From Sedimentisphaerales bacterium (GTDB lineage: Bacteria; Planctomycetota; Phycisphaerae; Sedimentisphaerales; Anaerobacaceae), in assembly GCA_963708075.1 (NCBI GenBank), contig OY970194.1, positions 6,048,001 through 6,112,000 on the forward strand: DNA of 64,000 bases, written 5' to 3'. Position numbers and translations under genes: made by a program. This document shows, in pieces, positions 50,675 to 59,997 of this stretch (positions are counted from its first letter, which is position 1; the number at the start of each line of letters is the position of its first letter). The notes beneath the pieces are model-generated. The model saw only the letters and a program-made list of their open reading frames with translations. It did no database searches and was not told where the DNA came from.

Positions 50675-52228
50675 ATGGGATTCAAGCTGGATATCTTCGG
50701 CGACGGGCAGCTCGATGCGGAGTACCTGGAGTGGCTGGTGGATGAGCAGTCGGCCGCGGTGGGGCGGCACTTCTCGCGGCTGTGGGACTACTACAGCAAC
50801 CCGATGGTGGAGGTGGCCGGGGGCAACGCGGCGGACCGCAAGATCAGCGAGTCGGGACACCCTTACGTCCAGGCCCAGGAGTACGGCTTGCCCTCGCGGA
50901 TCACCGGGCTGGTGCGTTCGCCGCAGACGGGGATGTTCGGATCCCAGGTGGTCCGCGATATTCAGCGGAAAGAGGTCGTCATCGAGAACGATATCGCCTG
51001 GCGCATCAATGCGCTGGCGGATTTCCTGTTCGGAAAACCGGTAAGTCTTGTCTCCAAAGCCGCCGATGGCCAAAAACGCAACGAAATCGAGGCGGTTATA
51101 AAGGCGGTCTTTGCGGCCAACGGCGGACTTGGCTTCTTTCAGGACATGGCAGTGCTCGGAAGCGTCTACGGGTTTGTCGATTGCTTCCTCCGCACAGGCG
51201 ACACGTGTTTCGCCCCTGCCTCACACGCTTCCTCCCTTCAGCAGCCTCCGTTCGACACCGTGCTGACCCTGGCACAGGCAATCGACCTGGAACTGATCGA
51301 GGCGCCGAGAGCACTGCCGGTCCTGGATGAAGACGACTACCGTGTCGTCCGTTACTACGTCCAGCATTTCCACCAGAAGAAGAACACCATTCACAGGAAG
51401 AATTCCTTCCTTTCGCGGATTCTTGGAGCGTCGGCATATCCGACGGACACCCGTCAGGTCGTCGCCGTGACGGAGATCACCTCGCCTGAGTACTGGCAGC
51501 GTTACGAGGACAAGGAACTCGTCGCGGAAGGGGAACTGCCGTGGGGCTTTTTGCCGGTGGTGCACGTCCAGAACATCGCGCAGCCGTACTACTATGAGGG
51601 CGTCAGCGATGTCGAGGCGCTGATCCCGCTGCAGGATGAACTCAACACGAGGCTCAGCGATCGTGCCAGCCGGGTTACCTTTCAATCATTCCGGATGTAC
51701 CTGGGCAAAGGCATTGAGGGCTTCGAAAATAAGCCGATCGCGCCGGGGCGAATGTGGTGCACGGATAATCCGGAGGCCTCCATTCAGGAGTTCGGCGGAG
51801 ATGCCTCGGCCCCGAGCGAGGAGCGGCATATCGCCGAAATTCGCGAGGCATTGGACAAGACCAGCGGCGTGACGCCGGCCGTCGCGGGCGTTCTCAAGGA
51901 CAAGCTCGGGAATCTCACCAGCGCGGTGGCGCTGCGCCTGACCTTCATGGGCATGCTCAGTAAGAACGAGCGCAAGCGGCATACCTACAGCGACGGCCTC
52001 AAGAAGATCTGCCGGATGGTCCTGGGTATCCTGGACACCGCGAACATCTATAAGACGACCCAGGCCGAGCGAGACATCGATGTGATCTTTCCAAGTCCGC
52101 TGCCGGAGAATCTGATGGAGAAGCTTCAGGAAGCGCAAATCAAGCGAGATCTCGGTGTCCCCGCTGAGCAGGTGCTCAGAGAATTGGGCTACGAAACCAC
52201 ACAAAGAAGTACGAAGCACGATCCGTGA
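50675..52228 (+). CDS. Phage portal protein (SPP1 gp6-like)
   Basis: N.IAW.I...ADFLFGKPV, PWGFLPVVH..N, GVSDVE.LI.LQDELN..LSD, SAVALRL, F..PLPEN..E. Confidence 0.9.
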   Translation: MGFKLDIFGDGQLDAEYLEWLVDEQSAAVGRHFSRLWDYYSNPMVEVAGGNAADRKISESGHPYVQAQEYGLPSRITGLVRSPQTGMFGSQVVRDIQRKEVVIENDIAWRINALADFLFGKPVSLVSKAADGQKRNEIEAVIKAVFAANGGLGFFQDMAVLGSVYGFVDCFLRTGDTCFAPASHASSLQQPPFDTVLTLAQAIDLELIEAPRALPVLDEDDYRVVRYYVQHFHQKKNTIHRKNSFLSRILGASAYPTDTRQVVAVTEITSPEYWQRYEDKELVAEGELPWGFLPVVHVQNIAQPYYYEGVSDVEALIPLQDELNTRLSDRASRVTFQSFRMYLGKGIEGFENKPIAPGRMWCTDNPEASIQEFGGDASAPSEERHIAEIREALDKTSGVTPAVAGVLKDKLGNLTSAVALRLTFMGMLSKNERKRHTYSDGLKKICRMVLGILDTANIYKTTQAERDIDVIFPSPLPENLMEKLQEAQIKRDLGVPAEQVLRELGYETTQRSTKHDP

Positions 52229-52288
52229 TTTACGAACTCAGTGCTGGCGCGAGCTAAATTGTAAATCATAAATCGCAATTCATAAATT
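52226..52288. repeat. Heptamer repeat element at the portal/scaffold junction
   Basis: GATTTACG...TGTAAAT CATAAAT CGCAATT CATAAAT abutting the GGAGAGG RBS. Confidence 0.7.
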
Positions 52289-52299
52289 GGAGAGGTGCT

Positions 52300-52830
52300 A
52301 TGGGTTCAAGTCGGACAGAAGAGAATCTGCTGGAAACAACGGAGGAGCAGGAGCTGGATGGCAATGATGCCGCGAAATTGGTCTCGGTGACCGAGTCGAT
52401 TCGTTACCGAAAGAGGGCGCAGAGCGCCGAGAAGAAGTCGGAGAGCCTGGCGGAGCAACTGACTGAGGCAAACCAGAAGATCGGCCGCCTGGAACAGGAC
52501 CTGACCGACCTTCAGACCGAGCAGAAACTGATACGCAAGCTTGCAGCGGCCGGCGCCGCGGACCTGGAGGCGGCCGTACTTGTGGCGAAGACAAGGATGG
52601 AGGGCAAGCCGGAAGCCGACATTGATGCGTGCATCGAGCAGTTGAGGAGGGAGAAGGCGTACCTGTTCGGTGGATCAATGGAGACATCACCACTCCGCAA
52701 AACGGCGGGCGCAAAGGATCGAGCCAGGCAGCCGCAGATGGCCCTGGAACAGGCTGCCAAGAAGGCAGCAAGGACCGGCAGCCGCGCGGACCTTCAGCAC
52801 TATCTGAAGTTGCGCAGGAACCTGTTGTGA
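52300..52830 (+). CDS. Capsid scaffolding protein
   Basis: Acidic N-terminus, coiled coil (ESIRYRKRAQ..), I..L..EK.YLF motif; lies between portal and capsid. Confidence 0.8.
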   Translation: MGSSRTEENLLETTEEQELDGNDAAKLVSVTESIRYRKRAQSAEKKSESLAEQLTEANQKIGRLEQDLTDLQTEQKLIRKLAAAGAADLEAAVLVAKTRMEGKPEADIDACIEQLRREKAYLFGGSMETSPLRKTAGAKDRARQPQMALEQAAKKAARTGSRADLQHYLKLRRNLL

Positions 52831-52899
52831 CGCCGGATCAGGACTTGAACAAATCGCATGTGTGACAAAGTAACTGAACCATTGCAAGGAGAAGAGAAT

Positions 52900-54054
52900 A
52901 TGCCATTTACGGGAAAAGCGACATACTCAGCGGGAACGACTCTGCCGGAATTGGCAGAGGATGTGTCGGATATGATCGCGATCATCTCGCCTGATGAGAC
53001 GCCTCTGTTGAACGCGCTGGGCGATCCTCTGCGCAAGGCGACCAGCACGCATCACGAGTGGTTGGAGGATGAGCTGCTCCCCAACAAAGATGCGATCAAC
53101 GATTCGACGTGGTCGAATCCTGCGTCAGACACGGACTTCGTTGTGGACCACGGCAGCCGGTTCCGTGTGGGCGATCAAATCCAGACCGAGGGCAGTGGAG
53201 AGCTGATGCTCGTGACGGCGGTCAGCACCAACACACTGACGGTCGTTCGCGGTTATGCGGGCACCACGCCGGAGAATTTGGCGGACAACCAGATCATCAA
53301 CATCCTCGGCAACGCGGCCCTGGAAGGCGCCGACAAGCCGAACGCACGGTTCACCAACCGGGTGCGGTGCGGCAACTACACGCAGATCTTCACGGCCACC
53401 GTCGAGGTTAGCGGCACCGACATGGCGGCCAGTCAACTGGGCCTCGCGGATGAACTGGATCTCCAGAAGCAGGAACGATTGCGTGAATTGATCCGTGACC
53501 TGGAGGGTACCATCATCAATGGCGGTCTGCCGGCAAGCGATCCACAGGGCAGCGGCACGGTGCGCAGGACGATGAAGGGCATCATCCGGCACCTTTCGAC
53601 GAACGCATTCAGCACCGGCGACAGCGGTCTTCCCGCCGGCAACGATCTGGATGAGGCCAAGGTCAACTATGTGCTGCGGAAGATCTGGGAGAATAGTAGC
53701 GGCAATGTGGACCTGATCGTCGTCGGAGGCTTTCAGAAGCGAAAGATCAACGCCTTCTGCTCGGACAGTCGAAGCTATGGGGCGACCGACACGACGTTCA
53801 CGGACATGGTGAGCATCTACGAGTCGGATTTTGGCGTCTGCCGGATTGTCACGACTCGGTGGCTGCCGCAGGATGTGGCACTGTTCCTGGATTCTTCGAG
53901 GATCAGCGTTCTGCCCATGGCGGGACGGAGTTTCTACTTCAAGCCGCTGGCCAGCGCCGGCGATTACGAGTGCGGCGAGCTCATCGGCGAGTACACGCTC
54001 GAACTCAAGAATGAGGCTGCTCACGGCTTGATCCGCAACCTGACCACAAGCTGA
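52900..54054 (+). CDS. Major capsid protein (HK97 fold, DUF5309/SU10-like) with an inserted beta domain
   Basis: EDVSD.I..ISP.ETP, HEWLEDEL, NYTQIF...VEVSGT, RDLE..II.G, R.MKGI, Y.SDFG, IGEYTLE.KNE.AHG; insertion F.VGD.I...GELMLVTAV..NTLTVVRGYAGTT. Confidence 0.9.
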   Translation: MPFTGKATYSAGTTLPELAEDVSDMIAIISPDETPLLNALGDPLRKATSTHHEWLEDELLPNKDAINDSTWSNPASDTDFVVDHGSRFRVGDQIQTEGSGELMLVTAVSTNTLTVVRGYAGTTPENLADNQIINILGNAALEGADKPNARFTNRVRCGNYTQIFTATVEVSGTDMAASQLGLADELDLQKQERLRELIRDLEGTIINGGLPASDPQGSGTVRRTMKGIIRHLSTNAFSTGDSGLPAGNDLDEAKVNYVLRKIWENSSGNVDLIVVGGFQKRKINAFCSDSRSYGATDTTFTDMVSIYESDFGVCRIVTTRWLPQDVALFLDSSRISVLPMAGRSFYFKPLASAGDYECGELIGEYTLELKNEAAHGLIRNLTTS

Positions 54055-54057
54055 TGT

Positions 54058-54121
54058 CGATTGCGGATTGATGATTTCGGATTGCGGATTGGATCGCAGG
54101 GAGTTTTCCAATCCGCAATCC
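54058..54121. repeat. Heptamer palindrome (GATTGCG subtype) after the capsid gene
   Basis: GATTGCG GATTGAT GATTTCG GATTGCG GATTGG...CCAATCCGCAATCC. Confidence 0.8.
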
Positions 54122-54142
54122 TGAGCGTGGAGATTGAAGACA

Positions 54143-54799
54143 ATGGTCAAGTTCTCAAGCGATGTGGACATTCTGAAGTATGAGCCGATTCTGTTCAGCG
54201 AACTGCATTTGCCGTGGCAGGTACTGGCGAGCGGGACCGGCGCGACCCTGGCTGGCACAACTCTGACGGTTTCAGATGCGAACTTCGAGAGTGCCGGTGT
54301 TTCCCTGGATGGTGTCGCCTATTTGCTCTCGACAGATGGATTGCTTGACGGCGCATATGAGATCGTGTCCGTGGATTCGGCGACACAACTGACTGTCTCA
54401 GTCCTCAGGTCAGACACTGCGAATACTCCAGTTGCCCCACCAGCCGCTGACGACGTCACCTATCGCATCAGCACGTTCGAGCCGCAGGCGGGTGAAGCGG
54501 CCTTCCAACTGACCGAGTACTTTGGCATCCGGCCGGGTGACGCGACGAGCACGATCACTGTTGATGACATCGTGGACACCGAGGGACTGCGAAGAGCCTC
54601 CGCCTTCCTGGTCATCGCCAGCGTCTACGCCATGTGGACCAGCCGGACCGATTGTGAGACGTTTTGGCGAAAGAGCTTGCATTACAGGCAGTTCTTCGAA
54701 AACGCCCGACAGCGATGTCATCTGAGTGTGGACCTTGGGTCCGACGGTGTGGCGGATATCACTCGCGTGGGCGGTGCGATCAGACTGGTGCGGGACTGA
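54143..54799 (+). CDS. Putative head-tail adaptor/virion protein
   Basis: Follows the capsid; FS.D.DI.KYEP N-terminus; helical C-terminus LRRAS...V...FWRKS.HYRQ.FE....D...DG..D......RL.R. Confidence 0.55.
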   Translation: MVKFSSDVDILKYEPILFSELHLPWQVLASGTGATLAGTTLTVSDANFESAGVSLDGVAYLLSTDGLLDGAYEIVSVDSATQLTVSVLRSDTANTPVAPPAADDVTYRISTFEPQAGEAAFQLTEYFGIRPGDATSTITVDDIVDTEGLRRASAFLVIASVYAMWTSRTDCETFWRKSLHYRQFFENARQRCHLSVDLGSDGVADITRVGGAIRLVRD

Positions 54800-54817
54800 G
54801 CGACAGGGGAGCGACCT

Positions 54818-55190
54818 ATGAATGTCACATTAGATGGCAGTGCGTTGTTCGATGATCAGGGGCTGCAGATGGAAGTCGGCAGCTACAGCAGGGCCTACGT
54901 CGAACGCGCTATCCGCGGTTCTCGACGGTATGCTGAGCATCGATCTGGGAGAACGAACACGAGAAATTCTTCAGCGAGGCACGCTCCGCGCTCCCAGTCG
55001 GGCGGCAATGCAGGCCAGGACCGATTCGATCTCAGCTTTCATCGATGGCGATACGCACACGCTGAGAACCGCTGACAGACAAGAGTATCACAATATCCGC
55101 ATGGACAGCTTCAAGCAAATCGATGAGAGTACCAGCGGGCCGGGAATCGCCATCGAGTACGAGATCGTGTACACACAACTGGGAGTGTAG
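54818..55190 (+). CDS. Virion-associated protein, ~123 aa after correcting a +1 frameshift at 54917-54923
   Basis: MNVTLDG...ERAIRG continues as LDGMLSIDLGERTREI..GTL in the next frame; weak resemblance to distal-tail proteins. Confidence 0.6.
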
Positions 55191-55195
55191 CGGCC

Positions 55196-55975
55196 ATGTC
55201 GTTTCTTCGTGATGGGATTGAGAATGTTCGGGTCTTCGCTCTGCCGGATGGTGTCCGGGCAGACGGCCGGAGTGTCGCTGTGTATGGGGCCGCATTGGTG
55301 GCCTGGCGTTCATCGCATGTGGGCATGTTCCACCATGTGTACCTGAACGGCCGCTTCGCGGGTGCCACACTCGACACGGAGCAACGGCGACTTGTGGTGC
55401 AGGTACCCGGCTCATTCCAATCGGCGATACGAGTGACGGTGATCGCGGTGTCGCCAGCGGATGCTCACGTGGATTGCGCCGCTGACATCGAGCAGGCCAC
55501 GGTGTGCAGCGGACGGGTCAGGCTGACGTTGCTGCGAAGTCAAACCCTGCCTCTCGGCGCAACAGCCAATATCTACCATGACAGCGGCACGGGACAGATC
55601 GACTATGCAGAGCCGGTGAATCTAGCGCCGATTCCGGTTTGGCCCTGCGTGCAAGACAAGGCGGGTTTCGGGATGGCGCAGTTCGCAACGGGTGATTTTG
55701 GCTACGATTCTGCGGCATCATTCGGCTTTGGGAGAGGCGCTCTGGGACATGGCCAGTTCGGCTTGGATGCCGACTCGTTCCAGTGGACAGGGCCAGCGCT
55801 GCCGCTTGGCAAATACCGGTTTGGCGTGAGGATCACCGATACGATCGGCAACGTGAGCCTCGCCAGTGAGACGGCGCAGGTCACCATCGCGCCTGCCGTT
55901 AAGCCTGCGGACGGTCTTAATGTCGCGGCATTTGACGAACAAACGAACGAACTCACACTGACGGTAACAGGCTAA
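55196..55975 (+). CDS. Virion-associated beta-rich (FN3-like) protein
   Basis: HVYLNG, NIY.D.GTG.IDY..P, G.FG repeats, GKYRFGV..D..GN.S. Confidence 0.6.
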   Translation: MSFLRDGIENVRVFALPDGVRADGRSVAVYGAALVAWRSSHVGMFHHVYLNGRFAGATLDTEQRRLVVQVPGSFQSAIRVTVIAVSPADAHVDCAADIEQATVCSGRVRLTLLRSQTLPLGATANIYHDSGTGQIDYAEPVNLAPIPVWPCVQDKAGFGMAQFATGDFGYDSAASFGFGRGALGHGQFGLDADSFQWTGPALPLGKYRFGVRITDTIGNVSLASETAQVTIAPAVKPADGLNVAAFDEQTNELTLTVTG

Positions 55976-56007
55976 GTCATGCCTATGACAGATGCCAGGA
56001 GAACACT

Positions 56008-56796
56008 ATGAGCGAAGTCTATCCTTCCGACAATGAATTATTGAATCTGCAGTCGGACGCGGAAACAGGCGTCGAGTATATCGCGACCGGCACGGCCCCG
56101 TACTACCTTCACTTTCGAAAGCTCCTTTACCGGCTGCTGCTGGGCATGCGCCGGGCGAACGACCTGAGGGTATATGACGAGGGCGGGCTGGACATCGGCG
56201 TCAAGGGGGGCAAGTTTTGGCTGGGCACGGACCTAGTCGAGTACGCCGGGTCCTCCGCCAACACGCTGGCCGATAACAAGCCGAACGTCTACATCTACCT
56301 TGATGCCGGGGGCGATCTCGTCACGAACGAATACGGTGGCTTCCCAAGTATGACGACCACACCCCACGTGCGTCTGGCGGTCGTGACCACTGCCGGCAAC
56401 GACATCAGCTCGATCATGGATTGCCGCGGTGGACACAACATTACAGTCCCGTACGCCGCTGGCGGCATCCACAAGTCCATCGAGGCGCACACCAGCAATG
56501 ACGTACTTGCCCCGGCCGAGTCGGGCAGTGTGCACACCAACCTCGGGGCCACCGGCGTTGTGATGCTTACGCTGCCGGCTTCGGCGCCACAGGGGACTGT
56601 CTTCACCCTCGCCGTGCAGGCGGCGTTCGAGTTACGGGTGGATCCTGGCACAGCTGCGATCCGCGACGACAGCGGCCAGACCCCTGACAAGTACAAGTCG
56701 GCCAGCGCCGTCGGCGCGTCTCTCACGCTCGTCGCCGACGCCAACGGTAACTGGGCAACGGTCGCTAAGAACGGAACGTGGACGCAGGAGAACTGA
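56008..56796 (+). CDS. Hypothetical virion protein
   Basis: AGGAG RBS; co-oriented in the virion operon; C-terminal TLPASA..G..F....GTWT beta-rich domain of the kind seen in phage decoration/fibre proteins. Confidence 0.6.
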   Translation: MSEVYPSDNELLNLQSDAETGVEYIATGTAPYYLHFRKLLYRLLLGMRRANDLRVYDEGGLDIGVKGGKFWLGTDLVEYAGSSANTLADNKPNVYIYLDAGGDLVTNEYGGFPSMTTTPHVRLAVVTTAGNDISSIMDCRGGHNITVPYAAGGIHKSIEAHTSNDVLAPAESGSVHTNLGATGVVMLTLPASAPQGTVFTLAVQAAFELRVDPGTAAIRDDSGQTPDKYKSASAVGASLTLVADANGNWATVAKNGTWTQEN

Positions 56797-56798
56797 CG

Positions 56799-56873
56799 GA
56801 TTTATGAATTATGATTTCCGATTTAGGGGTGGCGAGAACCCGAATTACAGTTCGCAATTCATAAATCGTAAAT
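56799..56873. repeat. Heptamer palindrome
   Basis: ATTTATG AATTATG ATTTCCG ATTTAGG...CGCAATT CATAAAT CGTAAAT abutting GGAGAG. Confidence 0.8.
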
Positions 56874-56885
56874 GGAGAGACACCG

Positions 56886-57344
56886 ATGTCGAATGAAATT
56901 CACGTGGATTACGGCTCCAGCAACGTCCTGTACGCCGTGATTCGCAACGATGCCGGCCAAGTCTGGCGTGTGGCCGGGCAGGCCTTTGAGAACTGGGGCG
57001 CGGATGGGCACACCGCCGATGATTATGACATCGCTTTGACGGACACCAGCGGCAGCCACTACGTCGGCAGCGTCGATGGGAACATCCCCAGTGGCTCCTA
57101 CTCCATCCAAGTGTTCTGCCGGCTCGGCGCTGCTCCGGCCGACACCGACCCGCTGGTGAGCAGTCGGCAGATCCTCTGGACCGGCACCGGGGAACTGACG
57201 GCCGCCAAGTTCCTCGTGAACCGGGCCGTCCAGGACAAAGTCACCGGTGACGTCGATTACTACGACGATGACAGCCAGACGATCCTGCTCACCCATACCA
57301 TGGGCGAAACCCAAGCGTACTTCACAAGGACACCAAACTCATGA
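56886..57344 (+). CDS. Hypothetical virion protein
   Basis: GGAGAG RBS; beta-rich; YYDDD..T.L C-terminus. Confidence 0.6.
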   Translation: MSNEIHVDYGSSNVLYAVIRNDAGQVWRVAGQAFENWGADGHTADDYDIALTDTSGSHYVGSVDGNIPSGSYSIQVFCRLGAAPADTDPLVSSRQILWTGTGELTAAKFLVNRAVQDKVTGDVDYYDDDSQTILLTHTMGETQAYFTRTPNS

Positions 57345-57424
57345 TCTGCGACTTACGAATTGCGAATTACGATTTCGCTCTCACCACGCCCAAGTCGCAA
57401 ATCGAGAATCGCAAATTGTAAATC
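57343..57424. repeat. Heptamer palindrome
   Basis: ATCTGCG ACTTACG AATTGCG AATTACG...CGCAAAT CGAGAAT CGCAAAT TGTAAAT. Confidence 0.8.
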
Positions 57425-57437
57425 CAATGGAGGACCT

Positions 57438-57837
57438 ATGTCTGGCTTTTCAGATTACTGGGAAAACCGGATTCTGAACCATCTGTTCTGCAAAGAGGCG
57501 TACGCCCCGCCAGCGTTGCTCTACGTGGCCCTGTCCACTGCTGATCCGGGCGACGACGGGACGGGTGCGGCAGAGCCCGCGGGCGGTTCTTACGCCCGCG
57601 TCGAGAACCTGCAATGCAAGCTGGGCCGGGGCCTCCGGCGGCGCGGTCTGCAACGCCGACGCCATCGAGTTTCCCCAGGCTTCCGGCGACTGGGGCACGA
57701 TCACCCACTTCGCTCTCTATGACGCTGCCACAGGCGGCCACCTGCTCGCCTGCGGGCCCCTGACCTGGCCCAGGACCGTCACCGCCGCCCATGCTATCCG
57801 CTTCGCCCCCGCCCACCTGACCGTGACGCTGGGTTGA
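57438..57837 (+). CDS. Phage tail-associated protein; +1 frameshift at 57603-57609
   Basis: MS.FSDY.EN.ILNH..LYVALST.DP..EP.GGSYARV continues as N..AIEFP.A.GDWGTITHFALYDAATGG.LL in the next frame, a pattern I recognise from phage tail-region proteins. Confidence 0.75.
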
Positions 57838-57845
57838 ACTGAAGA

Positions 57846-57929
57846 TAAAACGTCAAACATCGAAGATCAAAAGTAAGAAAGCATCGCCGAAGGCGATTCC
57901 GCAGCTTTGACTTTTGAGTTTCGATCTTG
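57846..57929. repeat. Heptamer palindrome (TCAAA/TTTGA subtype) with central hairpin
   Basis: CGTCAAA CATCGAA GATCAAA...ATCGCCGAAGGCGAT...TTTGACT TTTGAGT TTCGATC. Confidence 0.65.
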
Positions 57930-57944
57930 GAAACGGAGTTTCTG

Positions 57945-58358
57945 ATGGCCAGCTATCCGCAATACGACTACGATCCTTCGAGCACGAACCTGTATCGCAC
58001 GAACCTCTACTCCGGGGCCGACCCGGATGTCGGAAGTACACAGCAGTTCTGTGCCGACATCGACCTGACCCGGCTGCTCTTCGCCGTCTGCGAGCTGAAG
58101 TTCGACGCCAGCGGAGCCACCGACGACCTCAAGGTGAGTCTCTACCGCCGCATCGACGACTCCTGGGATGGCGACGAACTCGAGATCTTCGCCACCACCC
58201 TCGACAGTGACGGCTCCGAGGATCTCTGGTCCTTCGTCCTCGGGCCCGACTTTGGCCCGGGCCACTACCGATTCGGACTTAAAAGCACCGGCGCCACCGA
58301 TACTTTCGACGTCGACCTCGACACCCGCTTCGCACGATTCGAAATCGCCACGAGTTGA
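57945..58358 (+). CDS. Hypothetical acidic beta-sandwich virion protein
   Basis: GGAG RBS; co-oriented; ends 4 bp before the next gene. Confidence 0.6.
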   Translation: MASYPQYDYDPSSTNLYRTNLYSGADPDVGSTQQFCADIDLTRLLFAVCELKFDASGATDDLKVSLYRRIDDSWDGDELEIFATTLDSDGSEDLWSFVLGPDFGPGHYRFGLKSTGATDTFDVDLDTRFARFEIATS

Positions 58359-58362
58359 GACT

Positions 58363-59907
58363 ATGGCTACTAAGATCAAACCGTTGTTGGGCATTCTCGC
58401 GCGAGGTGGCCATCCCCTCGTTCGGGGTCTGGCGGGTGCATGGTTGTTCAACGAGGGGCGGGGGAACACGGCCTGGGACCTCAGCGGCAGCGGGCATCCG
58501 GGGACGCTGACGGGCATGGACCCGGCGAGCGACTGGGTCGCCGGGCCCCACGGGTACGCTCTGGACTTCGACGGGACCGATGACCGGGTGATTGTCGGCC
58601 CGGACGCAGGGATCAACCTCGGCACCGCCAACGCTTGCGTCATCCGATGCCGTATGAATTTGTTGAGTGCCTCGCGTATGCTCTTTGGGCACAAGGCGTG
58701 GAATAATGGCGGGTACTTCTTCACGCTTGCATCCGGGCTCCTCTATTATTGCGCGAATGGGTCCTACAAGGGCGTCTCGCATGGGATCATCGCAGGCGAC
58801 GAAGTATGGCTGGGGGTGTCACGGCAGGGGACGTTCGTGGCATTCTACAAGAACGGCGTGCCCCTCGGAGCGGTCCAAACGCTCGCCGCCAACAATGGCC
58901 TCTCTGTGAGTTCGATCGGAGCGTACCGCGATAGCGCGGCGGAGCTGGCGAACATGCGGTGTGACTACGTATACTGCTGGAACCGGGCGCTGTCGGCGGG
59001 GGAGATGGCGTGGCTATACCAGGACCCGTTCTGCTTCTTCCGGCGACCGAGCACGATCCCTCTCCTGGATTTCTCCGAAGGCACGATCCACGACGTCTCA
59101 GGCGCGGCCAGCGCGGCTTCTTCGGCAAGCGGGACCGCCACGGTGGTCCCGGGCGCTTGGCAGCCCACCGGCACACCCTGGCCGGAAGCCACGCTGGGCA
59201 TCGAGGCCTCCTGGCGGAAAGAGGCGATGCTCCATGGGATGACGGATGTCGCGGTGAAGCTCGGGATCGTTCTCACGCAGGGCTGGTTCTGGACGCGACG
59301 GTCAGGATGCTCGTTGCTATACGAACTGCAGGACGGGAAGGTTCATAAGCCCACCTTCCTCCTGCGTCGCGTGGCGCCGGTAGACGCCAGGCACATCGCC
59401 TTGTCTGCGTACCTGCCCCATGGGCCCGGCTCGAGTTGCTGCTATCTCCTCCGGCGGTTCAACAGTTGCGGGCACCAGGACCGAACGGTGGGAGCGGCGG
59501 TCCTCGTTCGCATGGCCCCAAACGGCCAACTGGCCCCACCTGCACCGAATCCCGTTTTCGGCCTGCAGGCCCGACAGACTGCCGGCGCCGTAGAGACGCA
59601 ACACCTTGTCTCTGTAGAGTGGTTCTACTGGCCTCTCGATCAGGCGGTGGTTCCGCGCGTGTTCAACGTGTACTGGGACGGCGGAACCGGCTGTCTTGAC
59701 CTTGTGAACCCTGTCGCGGTGGTGCCTTACGCGGGACGCAGGTTCTACCGGTGCCAAAGTGGGCCGGTGGAAGATGGCACGTATGTCTTCGCTGTGCAGG
59801 CTGAGAGTGTCACTGCGGTAGAGAGCCCGCCACGGAAATTCCAAATTCGGATTTCGACATTCGAAACTGGAGAGGAGCCGAGGATCCTCGACGTGGAAGC
59901 CATCTGA
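58363..59907 (+). CDS. LamG/concanavalin-like + FN3-like protein (putative receptor-binding or decoration protein)
   Basis: HPLVRGLAGAWLFNEG.G..AWDLSG, ALDFDG.DD, WNRALS..E...LY.DPF; C-terminal FNVYWD.GTG..D...P, GTYVFAVQA, similar to the 55196 gene. Confidence 0.75.
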   Translation: MATKIKPLLGILARGGHPLVRGLAGAWLFNEGRGNTAWDLSGSGHPGTLTGMDPASDWVAGPHGYALDFDGTDDRVIVGPDAGINLGTANACVIRCRMNLLSASRMLFGHKAWNNGGYFFTLASGLLYYCANGSYKGVSHGIIAGDEVWLGVSRQGTFVAFYKNGVPLGAVQTLAANNGLSVSSIGAYRDSAAELANMRCDYVYCWNRALSAGEMAWLYQDPFCFFRRPSTIPLLDFSEGTIHDVSGAASAASSASGTATVVPGAWQPTGTPWPEATLGIEASWRKEAMLHGMTDVAVKLGIVLTQGWFWTRRSGCSLLYELQDGKVHKPTFLLRRVAPVDARHIALSAYLPHGPGSSCCYLLRRFNSCGHQDRTVGAAVLVRMAPNGQLAPPAPNPVFGLQARQTAGAVETQHLVSVEWFYWPLDQAVVPRVFNVYWDGGTGCLDLVNPVAVVPYAGRRFYRCQSGPVEDGTYVFAVQAESVTAVESPPRKFQIRISTFETGEEPRILDVEAI

Positions 59908-59980
59908 TTTACGATTTATGATTTACGATTTTTGACTCACGCAAATCACGAATCGGAGATCGTAACTCGCAAATCGTACA
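59906..59980. repeat. Heptamer palindrome
   Basis: ATTTACG ATTTATG ATTTACG ATTTTTG...CGCAAAT CACGAAT CGGAGAT CGTAACT CGCAAAT CGTACAT. Confidence 0.8.
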
Positions 59981-59997
59981 TCAAAAGGGGAACGGGA

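Noticed and set aside
52900..54054. Encapsulin nanocompartment, contractile injection system or T6SS
   Set aside because: Portal, scaffold and terminase indicate DNA packaging. No sheath, tube or baseplate wedge genes were recognised.
58363..59907. Diversity-generating retroelement target
   Set aside because: No reverse transcriptase and no TR/VR repeat pair differing at adenines was seen in the window.
50559..59980. Recurring repeats as a CRISPR array
   Set aside because: The units are degenerate 7-mers in inverted arms separated by whole genes. There are no constant 23-47 bp direct repeats with spacers and no cas genes.
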